Source: the human T2T-CHM13v2.0 reference genome, Homo sapiens
NCBI RefSeq assembly: GCF_009914755.1
Contig: NC_060939.1
DNA: 64,000 bases
Direction: 5' to 3' (one strand)
The translations under genes were made by a program, and so were the position numbers. The notes beneath the pieces were generated by a model, which saw nothing but the letters and a program-made list of their open reading frames with translations, was not told the origin of the DNA and searched no databases. Shown piece by piece: positions 28,201 through 43,220 of this stretch (the first letter of the stretch is position 1; each line of letters begins with the position of its first letter).

Positions 28201-31200
28201 TCGATTCCATTCCACTCGATTCCACTTTGTTCCATTTCATTGCATTCCATTCTATTCAACTCTATTGCCTTCCATTCTATTCCATTCGATTACATTCCAT
28301 GCGATTCCATTCGAAATCGAATCAATTACATTGCAATCCATTACTATTGAGTCCGTTTTATTCCAGTCCACTGCATTCTGGTCCATTCCATTTGATTCCA
28401 TTCCATTCTATTCCATTCCATACAGTTGCATTCATTTGGATTCCATGCTATATCTATAAATTCAATTCGAGACCATTGCTTTTGAGTCCATTCTATATGA
28501 TTCCATTCCATTCAAGTCCACTACATTTGGTTCAATTCCATTCCATTCCATTCCCTTCCATTCCATTCCATTTGATATCAATCCATTCGATTCCATTCCA
28601 TTCGAGCACATTCCATTCGAGTCCATTCCATTCGATGCCATTCCATTTGATTCTATTCCATTAGTCTCCATTCAATTCCATTAATCTCCATTCCATTCCA
28701 TTCTACTCCAACTGATTCCATTCCATTCTATTCCTTTCCATTCCATTTCATTCCATTCCATTCCATTTCATTCCATTCCATTCCATTCGCTTCCATTCCA
28801 TTCGTGTCCATTCCACTCCAGTCCATTCCATTCGTGTCCATTCCATTCCAGTCCATTCCATTTGTGTCCACTGCATTCCATTCCACTCCATTCCATATTA
28901 TTCCATTACACTCCATTCCATTCTATTACTTTCATTTCCATTCAATTCCATTCCATTTGATTCCATTCCACTCGGTTTCATTCCATTTGAGTCCACTCCA
29001 TTCCATTCCATTCCATTCCATTCCATTCAGTTCCATTCCATTCTGTTCCATTCCATTCCGTTCCATTGCATTCCATTCCATTCGGTACCATTCCATATTT
29101 TTCCATTCGATTCCATTCGAATCCATTCCATTCCAGTCCATTCCATTCGATTCCATTCCATTCATTTCAATTCCATTCCATTCCATTCCATTCCATTCCA
29201 TTACATTCCACTTGATTCCTCTCCATTCCCTTCCACTGCATTCCGTTCGATTCCATTCCATTGCATTGCATTCCATTCCATTGGATTGCATTCCATTCGA
29301 TTCCATTCCATTCGAATCAATTACATAGCAATCCATTACATTCGAGTCTATTCTATTCCGTTCCATTCGATTTCGTTCCAATCCATTCGATTCCATTCCA
29401 TTCGATTCCATTCCATACTATTGCATTCCATTCGATTACATTATATTCGAATAAGTTCCATTCAAGACCATTTCTTTTGAGTCCATTCTATTTGAGTCCA
29501 TTCCCTTTGATTCCATAACATTTGAGTCCATTCAATTCCATTCCTTTCGTTTCCATTCCATTTGATGCCATTCCATTCAATTCTGTTCTACTCGACTCCA
29601 ATACATTCAATTCCATTCCATCCGATTCCATTACATTCTTTTCATTTCTTATCCATTTCAAGCCATTCCACTCCATTCCATTCCACTCGTTTCCTTTCCA
29701 TTCGAGTCCATTCCTCTCCAGTCCATTCCGTTCAATCCATTCCATTCCAGTCCATTCCATTCGAGTCCGTTCCATTCCAGTCCATTCCATTCGAGTCAAT
29801 TCCATTCCATTCGATGTCTTTCCATAACGATCCATTCCATTCTATTCCTTTCGATTCCATTCCATTCTATTTCATTCCATTCGATTCCCTTCCATTGGAC
29901 TCCTTTCCATTCGAGTGCATTCCATTCCGTTCCATTTCTTACCGTTCTGTACGATTCCTACCGTTCGATTTCATTTTGTTCCAGTCCATTCCTTTCGCGT
30001 CCATTCCATTCCATTTCACTCCATTCGATTCCATTCCACTCGATTCCACTTCGTTCCATTTCATTGCATTCCATTCCATTCAACTCTATTGCCTTCCATT
30101 CCATTCCTTTCGATTACATTCCATGCGATTCCATTCGAAATCGAATCAATTACATTGCAATCCATTACTATTGAGTCCATTTTATTTCAGTCCACTGCAT
30201 TCTGGTCCATTCCATTTGATTCCATTCCATTCTATTCCATTCCATACAGTTGCATTCCATTGGATTCCATTCTATATCTATAAATTCAATTCGAGACCAT
30301 TGCTTTTGAATCCATTCTATATGATTCCATTCCATTCAAGTCCATTACATTTGGTTCAATTCCATTCCATTCCATTCCCTTCCATTCCATTCCAGTTGAT
30401 ATCAATCCATTCGATTCCATTCCATTCGAGCACATTCCATTTGAGTCCATTCCATTCGATGCCATTCCATTTGATTCTATTCCATTAGTCTCCATTCAAT
30501 TCCATTAATCTCCATTCCATTCCATTCTACTCCAACTGATTCCATTCCATTCTATTCCTTTCCATTCCATTTCATTCCATTCCATTCCATTTCATTCCAT
30601 TCCATTCCATTCGCTTCCATTCCATTCGTGTCCATTCCACTCCAGTCCATTCCATTCGTGTCCATTCCATTCCAGTCCATTCCATTTGTGTCCACTGCAT
30701 TCCATTCCACTCCATTCCATATTATTCCATTACACTCCATTCCATTCTATTACTTTCATTTCCATTCAATTCCATTCCATTTGATTCCATTCCACTCGGT
30801 TTCATTCCATTTGAGTCCACTCCATTCCATTCCATTCCATTCCATTCCATTCAGTTCCATTCCATTCTGTTCCATTCCATTCCGTTCCATTGCATTCCAT
30901 TCCATTCGGTACCATTCCATATTTTTCCATTCGATTCCATTCGAATCCATTCCATTCCAGTCCATTCCATTCGATTCCATTCCATTCCTTTCAATTCCAT
31001 TCCATTCCATTCCATTCCACTTGATTCCACTCCATTCCCTTCCACTGCATTCCATTCGATTCCATTCCATTGCATTGCATTCCATTCCATTGGACTGCAT
31101 TCCATTCGATTCCATTCCATTCGAATCAATTACATAGCAATCCATTACATTCGAGTCTATTCTATTCCGTTCCATTCGATTTCGTTCCAATCCATTCGAT

Positions 31201-34200
31201 TCCATTCCATTCGATTCCATTCCATACTATTGCATTCCATTCGATTACATTATATTCGAATAAGTTCCATTCAAGACCATTTCTTTTGAGTCCATTCTAT
31301 TTGAGTCCATTCCCTTTGATTCCATAACATTTGAGTCCATTCAATTCCATTCCTTTCGTTTGCATTCCATTTGATGCCATTCCATTCAATTCTGTTCTAC
31401 TCGACTCCAATACATTCAATTCCATTCCATCCGATTCCATTACATTATTTTCATTTCTTATCCATTTCAAGCCATTCCACTCCATTCCATTCCACTCGTT
31501 TCCTTTCCATTCGAGTCCATTCCTCTCCAGTCCATTCCGTTCAATCCATTCCATTCCAGTCCATTCCATTCGAGTCCGTTCCATTCCAGTCCATTCCATT
31601 CGAGTCAATTCCATTCCATTCGATGTCTTTCCATAACGATCCATTCCATTCTATTCCTTTCGATTCCATTCCATTCTATTTCATTCCATTCGATTCCCTT
31701 CCATTGGACTCCTTTCCATTCGAGTGCATTCCATTCCGTTCCATTTCTTTCCGTTCTGTACGATTCCTACCGTTCGATTTCATTTTGTTCCAGTCCATTC
31801 CTTTCGCGTTCATTCCATTCCATTTCACTCCATTCGATTCCATTCCACTCGATTCCACTTCGTTCCATTTCATTGCATTCCATTCTATTCAACTGTATTG
31901 CCTTCCATTCCATTCCATTCGATTACATTCCATGCGATTCCATTCGAAATCGAATCAATTACATTGCAATCCATTACTATTGAGTCCGTTTTATTCCAGT
32001 CCACAGCATTCTGGTCCATTCCATTTGATTCCATTCCATTTTATTCCATTCCATACAGTTGCATTCCATTGGATTCCATGCTATATCTATAAATTCAATT
32101 CGAGACCATTGCCTTTGAGTCCATTCTATATGATTCCATTCCATTCAAGTCCATTACATTTGGTTCAATTCCATTCCATTCCATTCCCTTCCATTCCATT
32201 CCAGTTGATATCAATCCATTCGATTCCATTCCATTCGAGCACATTCCATTCGAGTCCATTCCATTCGATGCCATTCCATTTGATTCTATTCCATTAGTCT
32301 CCATTCAATTCCATTAATCTCCATTCCATTCCATTCTACTCCAACTGATTCCATTCCATTCTAATCCTTTCCATTCCATTTCATTCCATTCCATTCCATT
32401 TCATTCCATTCCATTCCATTCGTGTCCATTCCACTCCAGTCCATTCCATTCGTGTCCATTCCATTCCAGTCCATTCCATTTGTGTCCACTGCATTCCATT
32501 CCACTCCATTCCATATTATTCCATTACACTCCATTCCATTCTATTACTTTCATTTCCATTCAATTCCATTCCATTTGGTTCCATTCCACTCGGTTTCATT
32601 CCATTTGAGTCCACTCAATTCCATTCCATTCCATTCCATTCCATTCCATTCAGTTCCATTCCATTCTGTTCCATTCCATTCCGTTCCATTACATTCCATT
32701 CCATTCGGTACCATTCCATATTGTTCCATTCGATTCCATTCGAATCCATTCCATTCCAGTCCATTCCATTCGATTCCATTCCATTCATTTCAATTCCATT
32801 CCATTCCATTCCATTCCATTCCATTACATTCCACTTGATTCCTCTCCATTCCCTTCCACTGCATTCCGTTCGATTCCATTCCATTGCATTGCATTCCATT
32901 CCATTGGATTGCATTCCATTCGATTCCATTCCATTCGAATCAATTACATAGCAATCCATTACATTCGAGTCTATTCTATTCCGTTCCATTCGATTTCGTT
33001 CCAATCCATTCGATTCCATTCCATTCGATTCCATTCCATACTATTGCATTCCATTCGATTACATTATATTCGAATAAGTTCCATTCAAGACCATTTCTTT
33101 TGAGTCCATTCTATTTGAGTCCATTCCCTTTGATTCCATAACATTTGAGTCCATTCAATTCCATTCCTTTCGTTTCCATTCCATTTGATGCCATTCCATT
33201 CAATTCTGTTCTACTCGACTCCAATACATTCAATTCCATTCCATCCGATTCCATTACATTCTTTTCATTTCTTATCCATTTCAAGCCATTCCACTCCATT
33301 CCATTCCACTCGTTTCCTTTCCATTCGAGTCCATTCCTCTCCAGTCCATTCCGTTCAATCCATTCCATTCCAGTCCATTCCATTCGAGTCCGTTCCATTC
33401 CAGTCCAATCCATTCGAGTCAATTCCATCCCATTCGATGTCTTTCCATAACGATCCATTCCATTCTATTCCTTTCGATTCCATTCCATTCTATTTCATTC
33501 CATTCGATTCCCTTCCATTGGACTCCTTTCCATTCGAGTGCATTCCATTCCGTTCCATTTCTTTCCGTTCTGTACGATTCCTACCGTTCGATTTCATTTT
33601 GTTCCAGTCCATTCCTTTCGCGTCCATTCCATTCCATTTCACTCCATTCGATTCCATTCCACTCGATTCCACTTCGTTCCATTTCATTGCATTCCATTCT
33701 ATTCAACTCTATTGCCTTCCATTCCATTCCATTCAATTACATTCCATGCGATTCCATTCGAAATCGAATCAATTACATTGCAATCCATTACTATTGAGTC
33801 CATTTTATTCCAGTCCACTGCATTCTGGTCCATTCCATATGATTCCATTCCATTCTATTCCATTCCATACAGTTGCATTCCATTGGATTCCATTCTATAT
33901 CTATAAATTCAATTGGAGACCATTGCTTTTGAGTCCATTCTATATGATTCCATTCCATTCAAGTCCATTACATTTGGTTCAATTCCATTCCATTCCATTC
34001 CCTTCCATTCCATTCCAGTTGATATCAATCCATTCGATTCCATTCCATTCGAGCACATTCCATTCGAGTCCATTCCATTCGATGCCATTCCATTTGATTC
34101 TATTCCATTAGTCTCCATTCAATTCCATTAATCTCCATTCCATTCCATTCTACTCCAACTGATTCCATTCCATTCTATTCCTTTCCATTCCATTTCATTC

Positions 34201-37200
34201 CATTCCATTCCATTTCATTCCATTCCATTCCATTCGCTTCCATTCCATTCGTGTCCATTCCACTCCAGTCGATTCCATTTGTGTCCACTGCATTCCATTC
34301 CACTCCATTCCATATTATTCCATTACACTCCATTCCATTCTATTACTTTCATTTCCATTCAATTCCATTCCATTTGATTCCATTCCACTCGGTTTCATTC
34401 CATTTGAGTCCACTCCATTCCATTCCATTCCATTCCATTCCATTCAGTTCCATTCCATTCTGTTCCATTCCATTCCGTTCCATTGCATTCCATTCCATTC
34501 GGTACCATTCCATATTGTTCCATTCGATTCCATTCGAATCCATTCCATTCCAGTCCATTCCATTCGATTCCATTCCATTCCTTTCAATTCCATTCCATTC
34601 CATTCCATTCCACTTGATTCCACTCCATTCCCTTCCACTGCATTCCATTCGATTCCATTCCATTGCATTGCATTCCATTCCATTGGACTGCATTCCATTC
34701 GATTCCATTCCATTCGAATCAATTACATAGCAATCCATTACATTCGAGTCTATTCTATTCCGTTCCATTCGATTTCGTTCCAATCCATTCGATTCCATTC
34801 CATTCGATTCCATTCCATACTATTGCATTCCATTCGATTACATTATATTCGAATAAGTTCCATTCAAGACCATTTCTTTTGAGTCCATTCTATTTGAGTC
34901 CATTCCCTTTGATTCCATAACATTTGAGTCCATTCAATTCCATTCCTTTCGTTTCCATTCCATTTGATGCCATTCCATTCAATTCTGTTCTACTCGACTC
35001 CAATACATTCAATTCCATTCCATCCGATTCCATTACATTCTTTTCATTTCTTATCCATTTCAAGCCATTCCACTCCATTCCATTCCACTCGTTTCCTTTC
35101 CATTCGAGTCCATTCCTCTCCAGTCCATTCCGTTCAATCCATTCCATTCCAGTCCATTCCATTCGAGTCCGTTCCATTCCAGTCCATTCCATTCGAGTCA
35201 ATTCCATCCCATTCGATGTCTTTCCATAACGATCCATTCCATTCTATTCCTTTCGATTCCATTCCATTCTATTTCATTCCATTCGATTCCCTTCCATTGG
35301 ACTCCTTTCCATTAGAGTGCATTCCATTCCGTTCCATTTCTTTCCGTTCTGTACGATTCCTACCGTTCGATTTCATTTTGTTCCAGTCCATTCCTTTCGC
35401 GTCCATTCCATTCCATTTCACTCCATTCGATTCCATTCCACTCGATTCCACTTCGTTCCATTTCATTGCATTCCATTCTATTCAACTCTATTGTCTTCCA
35501 TTCCATTCCATTCGATTACATTCCATGCGATTCCATTCGAAATCGAATCAATTACATTACAATCCATTACTATTGAGTCCGTTTTATTCCAGTCCACTGC
35601 ATTCTGGTCCATTCCATTTGATTCCATTCCATTTTATTCCATTCCATACAGTTGCATTCCATTGGATTCCATGCTATATCTATAAATTCAATTCGAGACC
35701 ATTGCTTTTGATTCCATTCTATATGTTTCCATTCCATTCAAGTCCATTACATTTGGTTCAATTCCATTCCATTCCATTCCCTTCCATTCCATTCCAGTTG
35801 ATATCAATCCATTCGATTCCATTCCATTCGAGCACATTCCATTCGAGTCCATTCCATTCGATGCCATTCCATTTGATTCTATTCCATTAGTCTCCATTCA
35901 ATTCCATTAATCTCCATTCCATTCCATTCTACTCCAACTGATTCCATTCCATTCTATTCCTTTCCATTCCATTTCATTCCATTCCATTCCATTCCCTTCC
36001 ATTCCATTCGTGTCCATTCCACTCCAGTCGATTCCATTTGTGTCCACTGCATTCCATTCCACTCCATTCCATATTATTCCATTACACTCCATTCCATTCT
36101 ATTACTTTCATTTCCATTCAATTCCATTCCATTTGATTCCATTCCACTCGGTTTCATTCCATTTGAGTCCACTCCATTCCATTCCATTCCATTCCATTCC
36201 ATTCAGTTCCATTCCATTCTGTTCCATTCCATTCCGTTCCATTGCATTCCATTCCATTCGGTACCATTCCATATTGTTCCATTCGATTCCATTCGAATCC
36301 ATTCCATTCCAGTCCATTCCATTCGATTCCATTCCATTCCTTTCAATTCCATTCCATTCCATTCCATTCCACTTGATTCCACTCCATTCCCTTCCACTGC
36401 ATTCCATTCGATTCCATTCCATTGCATTGCATTCCATTCCATTGGACTGCATTCCATTCGATTCCATTCCATTCGAATCAATTACATAGCAATCCATTAC
36501 ATTCGAGTCTATTCTATTCCGTTCCATTCGATTTCGTTCCAATCCATTCGATTCCATTCCATTCGATTCCATTCCATACTATTGCATTCCATTCGATTAC
36601 ATTATATTCGAATAAGTTCCATTCAAGACCATTTCTTTTGAGTCCATTCTATTTGAGTCCATTCCCTTTGATTCCATAACATTTGAGTCCATTCAATTCC
36701 ATTCCTTTCGTTTCCATTCCATTTGATGCCATTCCATTCAATTCTGTTCTACTCGACTCCAATACATTCAATTCCATTCCATCCGATTCCATTACATTCT
36801 TTTCATTTCTTATCCATTTCAAGCCATTCCACTCCATTCCATTCCACTCGTTTCCTTTCCATTCGAGTCCATTCCTCTCCAGTCCATTCCGTTCAATCCA
36901 TTCCATTCCAGTCCATTCCATTCGAGTCCGTTCCATTCCAGTCCATTCCATTCGAGTCAATTCCATCCCATTCGATGTCTTTCCATAACGATCCATTCCA
37001 TTCTATTCCTTTCGATTCCATTCCATTCTATTTCATTCCATTCGATTCCCTTCCATTGGACTCCTTTCCATTAGAGTGCATTCCATTCCGTTCCATTTCT
37101 TTCCGTTCTGTACGATTCCTACCGTTCGATTTCATTTTGTTCCAGTCCATTCCTTTCGCGTCCATTCCATTCCATTTCACTCCATTCGATTCCATTCCAC

Positions 37201-40200
37201 TCGATTCCACTTTGTTCCATTTCATTGCATTCCATTCTATTCAACTCTATTGCCTTCCGTTCTATTCCATTCGATTACATTCCATGCGATTCCATTCGAA
37301 ATCGAATCAATTACATTGCAATCCATTACTATTGAGTCCGTTTTATTCCAGTCCACTGCATTCTGGTCCATTCCATTTGATTCCATTCCATTCTATTCCA
37401 TTCCATACAGTTGCATTCATTTGGATTCCATGCTATATCTATAAATTCAATTCGAGACCATTGCTTTTGAGTCCATTCTATATGATTCCATTCCATTCAA
37501 GTCCACTACATTTGGTTCAATTCCATTCCATTCCATTCCCTTCCATTCCATTCCATTTGATATCAATCCATTCGATTCCATTCCATTCGAGCACATTCCA
37601 TTCGAGTCCATTCCATTCGATGCCATTCCATTTGATTCTATTCCATTAGTCTCCATTCAATTCCATTAATCTCCATTCCATTCCATTCTACTCCAACTGA
37701 TTCCATTCCATTCTATTCCTTTCCATTCCATTCCATTCCATTCCATTCCATTTCATTCCATTCCATTCCATTCGCTTCCATTCCATTCGTGTCCATTCCA
37801 CTCCAGTCCATTCCATTCGTGTCCATTCCATTCCAGTCCATTCCATTTGTGTCCACTGCATTCCATTCCACTCCATTCCATATTATTCCATTACACTCCA
37901 TTCCATTCTATTACTTTCATTTCCATTCAATTCCATTCCATTTGATTCCATTCCACTCGGTTTCATTCCATTTGAGTCCACTCCATTCCATTCCATTCCA
38001 TTCCATTCCATTCAGTTCCATTCCATTCTGTTCCATTCCATTCCGTTCCATTGCATTCCATTCCATTCGGTACCATTCCATATTTTTCCATTTGATTCCA
38101 TTCGAATCCATTCCATTCCAGTCCATTCCATTCGATTCCATTCCATTCATTTCAATTCCATTCCATTCCATTCCATTCCATTCCATTACATTCCACTTGA
38201 TTCCTCTCCATTCCCTTCCACTGCATTCCGTTCGATTCCATTCCATTGCATTGCATTCCATTCCATTGGATTGCATTCCATTCGATTCCATTCCATTCGA
38301 ATCAATTACATAGCAATCCATTACATTCGAGTCTATTCTATTCCGTTCCATTCGATTTCGTTCCAATCCATTCGATTCCATTCCATTCGATTCCATTCCA
38401 TACTATTGCATTCCATTCGATTACATTATATTCGAATAAGTTCCATTCAAGACCATTTCTTTTGAGTCCATTCTATTTGAGTCCATTCCCTTTGATTCCA
38501 TAACATTTGAGTCCATTCAATTCCATTCCTTTCGTTTCCATTCCATTTGATGCCATTCCATTCAATTCTGTTCTACTCGACTCCAATACATTCAATTCCA
38601 TTCCATCCGATTCCATTACATTCTTTTCATTTCTTATCCATTTCAAGCCATTCCACTCCATTCCATTCCACTCGTTTCCTTTCCATTCGAGTCCATTCCT
38701 CTCCAGTCCATTCCGTTCAATCCATTCCATTCCAGTCCATTCCATTCGAGTCCGTTCCATTCCAGTCCATTCCATTCGAGTCAATTCCATTCCATTCGAT
38801 GTCTTTCCATAACGATCCATTCCATTCTATTCCTTTCGATTCCATTCCATTCTATTTCATTCCATTCGATTCCCTTCCATTGGACTCCTTTCCATTCGAG
38901 TGCATTCCATTCCGTTCCATTTCTTACCGTTCTGTACGATTCCTACCGTTCGATTTCATTTTGTTCCAGTCCATTCCTTTCGCGTCCATTCCATTCCATT
39001 TCACTCCATTCGATTCCATTCCACTCGATTCCACTTCGTTCCATTTCATTGCATTCCATTCCATTCAACTCTATTGCCTTCCATTCCATTCCTTTCGATT
39101 ACATTCCATGCGATTCCATTCGAAATCGAATCAATTACATTGCAATCCATTACTATTGAGTCCATTTTATTTCAGTCCACTGCATTCTGGTCCATTCCAT
39201 TTGATTCCATTCCATTCTATTCCATTCCATACAGTTGCATTCCATTGGATTCCATTCTATATCTATAAATTCAATTCGAGACCATTGCTTTTGAATCCAT
39301 TCTATATGATTCCATTCCATTCAAGTCCATTACATTTGGTTCAATTCCATTCCATTCCATTCCCTTCCATTCCATTCCAGTTGATATCAATCCATTCGAT
39401 TCCATTCCATTCGAGCACATTCCATTTGAGTCCATTCCATTCGATGCCATTCCATTTGATTCTATTCCATTAGTCTCCATTCAATTCCATTAATCTCCAT
39501 TCCATTCCATTCTACTCCAACTGATTCCATTCCATTCTATTCCTTTCCATTCCATTTCATTCCATTCCATTCCATTTCATTCCATTCCATTCCATTCGCT
39601 TCCATTCCATTCGTGTCCATTCCACTCCAGTCCATTCCATTCGTGTCCATTCCATTCCAGTCCATTCCATTTGTGTCCACTGCATTCCATTCCACTCCAT
39701 TCCATATTATTCCATTACACTCCATTCCATTCTATTACTTTCATTTCCATTCAATTCCATTCCATTTGATTCCATTCCACTCGGTTTCATTCCATTTGAG
39801 TCCACTCCATTCCATTCCATTCCATTCCATTCCATTCAGTTCCATTCCATTCTGTTCCATTCCATTCCGTTCCATTGCATTCCATTCCATTCGGTACCAT
39901 TCCATATTTTTCCATTCGATTCCATTCGAATCCATTCCATTCCAGTCCATTCCATTCGATTCCATTCCATTCCTTTCAATTCCATTCCATTCCATTCCAT
40001 TCCACTTGATTCCACTCCATTCCCTTCCACTGCATTCCATTCGATTCCATTCCATTGCATTGCATTCCATTCCATTGGACTGCATTCCATTCGATTCCAT
40101 TCCATTCGAATCAATTACATAGCAATCCATTACATTCGAGTCTATTCTATTCCGTTCCATTCGATTTCGTTCCAATCCATTCGATTCCATTCCATTCGAT

Positions 40201-43200
40201 TCCATTCCATACTATTGCATTCCATTCGATTACATTATATTCGAATAAGTTCCATTCAAGACCATTTCTTTTGAGTCCATTCTATTTGAGTCCATTCCCT
40301 TTGATTCCATAACATTTGAGTCCATTCAATTCCATTCCTTTCGTTTGCATTCCATTTGATGCCATTCCATTCAATTCTGTTCTACTCGACTCCAATACAT
40401 TCAATTCCATTCCATCCGATTCCATTACATTATTTTCATTTCTTATCCATTTCAAGCCATTCCACTCCATTCCATTCCACTCGTTTCCTTTCCATTCGAG
40501 TCCATTCCTCTCCAGTCCATTCCGTTCAATCCATTCCATTCCAGTCCATTCCATTCGAGTCCGTTCCATTCCAGTCCATTCCATTCGAGTCAATTCCATT
40601 CCATTCGATGTCTTTCCATAACGATCCATTCCATTCTATTCCTTTCGATTCCATTCCATTCTATTTCATTCCATTCGATTCCCTTCCATTGGACTCCTTT
40701 CCATTCGAGTGCATTCCATTCCGTTCCATTTCTTTCCGTTCTGTACGATTCCTACCGTTCGATTTCATTTTGTTCCAGTCCATTCCTTTCGCGTTCATTC
40801 CATTCCATTTCACTCCATTCGATTCCATTCCACTCGATTCCACTTCGTTCCATTTCATTGCATTCCATTCTATTCAACTGTATTGCCTTCCATTCCATTC
40901 CATTCGATTACATTCCATGCGATTCCATTCGAAATCGAATCAATTACATTGCAATCCATTACTATTGAGTCCGTTTTATTCCAGTCCACAGCATTCTGGT
41001 CCATTCCATTTGATTCCATTCCATTTTATTCCATTCCATACAGTTGCATTCCATTGGATTCCATGCTATATCTATAAATTCAATTCGAGACCATTGCCTT
41101 TGAGTCCATTCTATATGATTCCATTCCATTCAAGTCCATTACATTTGGTTCAATTCCATTCCATTCCATTCCCTTCCATTCCATTCCAGTTGATATCAAT
41201 CCATTCGATTCCATTCCATTCGAGCACATTCCATTCGAGTCCATTCCATTCGATGCCATTCCATTTGATTCTATTCCATTAGTCTCCATTCAATTCCATT
41301 AATCTCCATTCCATTCCATTCTACTCCAACTGATTCCATTCCATTCTAATCCTTTCCATTCCATTTCATTCCATTCCATTCCATTTCATTCCATTCCATT
41401 CCATTCGTGTCCATTCCACTCCAGTCCATTCCATTCGTGTCCATTCCATTCCAGTCCATTCCATTTGTGTCCACTGCATTCCATTCCACTCCATTCCATA
41501 TTATTCCATTACACTCCATTCCATTCTATTACTTTCATTTCCATTCAATTCCATTCCATTTGGTTCCATTCCACTCGGTTTCATTCCATTTGAGTCCACT
41601 CAATTCCATTCCATTCCATTCCATTCCATTCCATTCAGTTCCATTCCATTCTGTTCCATTCCATTCCGTTCCATTACATTCCATTCCATTCGGTACCATT
41701 CCATATTGTTCCATTCGATTCCATTCGAATCCATTCCATTCCAGTCCATTCCATTCGATTCCATTCCATTCATTTCAATTCCATTCCATTCCATTCCATT
41801 CCACTTGATTCCACTCCATTCCCTTCCACTGCATTCCATTCGATTCCATTCCATTGCATTGCATTCCATTCCATTGGACTGCATTCCATTCGATTCCATT
41901 CCATTCGAATCAATTACATAGCAATCCATTACATTCGAGTCTATTCTATTCCGTTCCATTCGATTTCGTTCCAATCCATTCGATTCCATTCCATTCGATT
42001 CCATTCCATACTATTGCATTCCATTCGATTACATTATATTCGAATAAGTTCCATTCAAGACCATTTCTTTTGAGTCCATTCTATTTGAGTCCATTCCCTT
42101 TGATTCCATAACATTTGAGTCCATTCAATTCCATTCCTTTCGTTTCCATTCCATTTGATGCCATTCCATTCAATTCTGTTCTACTCGACTCCAATACATT
42201 CAATTCCATTCCATCCGATTCCATTACATTCTTTTCATTTCTTATCCATTTCAAGCCATTCCACTCCATTCCATTCCACTCGTTTCCTTTCCATTCGAGT
42301 CCATTCCTCTCCAGTCCATTCCGTTCAATCCATTCCATTCCAGTCCATTCCATTCGAGTCCGTTCCATTCCAGTCCAATCCATTCGAGTCAATTCCATCC
42401 CATTCGATGTCTTTCCATAACGATCCATTCCATTCTATTCCTTTCGATTCCATTCCATTCTATTTCATTCCATTCGATTCCCTTCCATTGGACTCCTTTC
42501 CATTCGAGTGCATTCCATTCCGTTCCATTTCTTTCCGTTCTGTACGATTCCTACCGTTCGATTTCATTTTGTTCCAGTCCATTCCTTTCGCGTCCATTCC
42601 ATTCCATTTCACTCCATTCGATTCCATTCCACTCGATTCCACTTCGTTCCATTTCATTGCATTCCATTCTATTCAACTCTATTGCCTTCCATTCCATTCC
42701 ATTCAATTACATTCCATGCGATTCCATTCGAAATCGAATCAATTACATTGCAATCCATTACTATTGAGTCCATTTTATTCCAGTCCACTGCATTCTGGTC
42801 CATTCCATATGATTCCATTCCATTCTATTCCATTCCATACAGTTGCATTCCATTGGATTCCATTCTATATCTATAAATTCAATTGGAGACCATTGCTTTT
42901 GAGTCCATTCTATATGATTCCATTCCATTCAAGTCCATTACATTTGGTTCAATTCCATTCCATTCCATTCCCTTCCATTCCATTCCAGTTGATATCAATC
43001 CATTCGATTCCATTCCATTCGAGCACATTCCATTCGAGTCCATTCCATTCGATGCCATTCCATTTGATTCTATTCCATTAGTCTCCATTCAATTCCATTA
43101 ATCTCCATTCCATTCCATTCTACTCCAACTGATTCCATTCCATTCTATTCCTTTCCATTCCATTTCATTCCATTCCATTCCATTTCATTCCATTCCATTC

Positions 43201-43220
43201 CATTCGCTTCCATTCCATTC
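25260..43220 (+). repeat. Tandem duplication of a five-unit, 8,985-bp block (~25260-34245 and ~34245-43220)
   Basis: The offset is 8985 for 25979/34964, 27738/36723, 29562/38547 and 31371/40356, then 8970 for 33185/42155. Variants seen only in these two copies include CTATTGTCTT (~26503/35488), CCACTTTGTT, TTCATTTGGA, GTCCACTACA and ACATTATTTT (~31442/40427). Confidence 0.9.
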
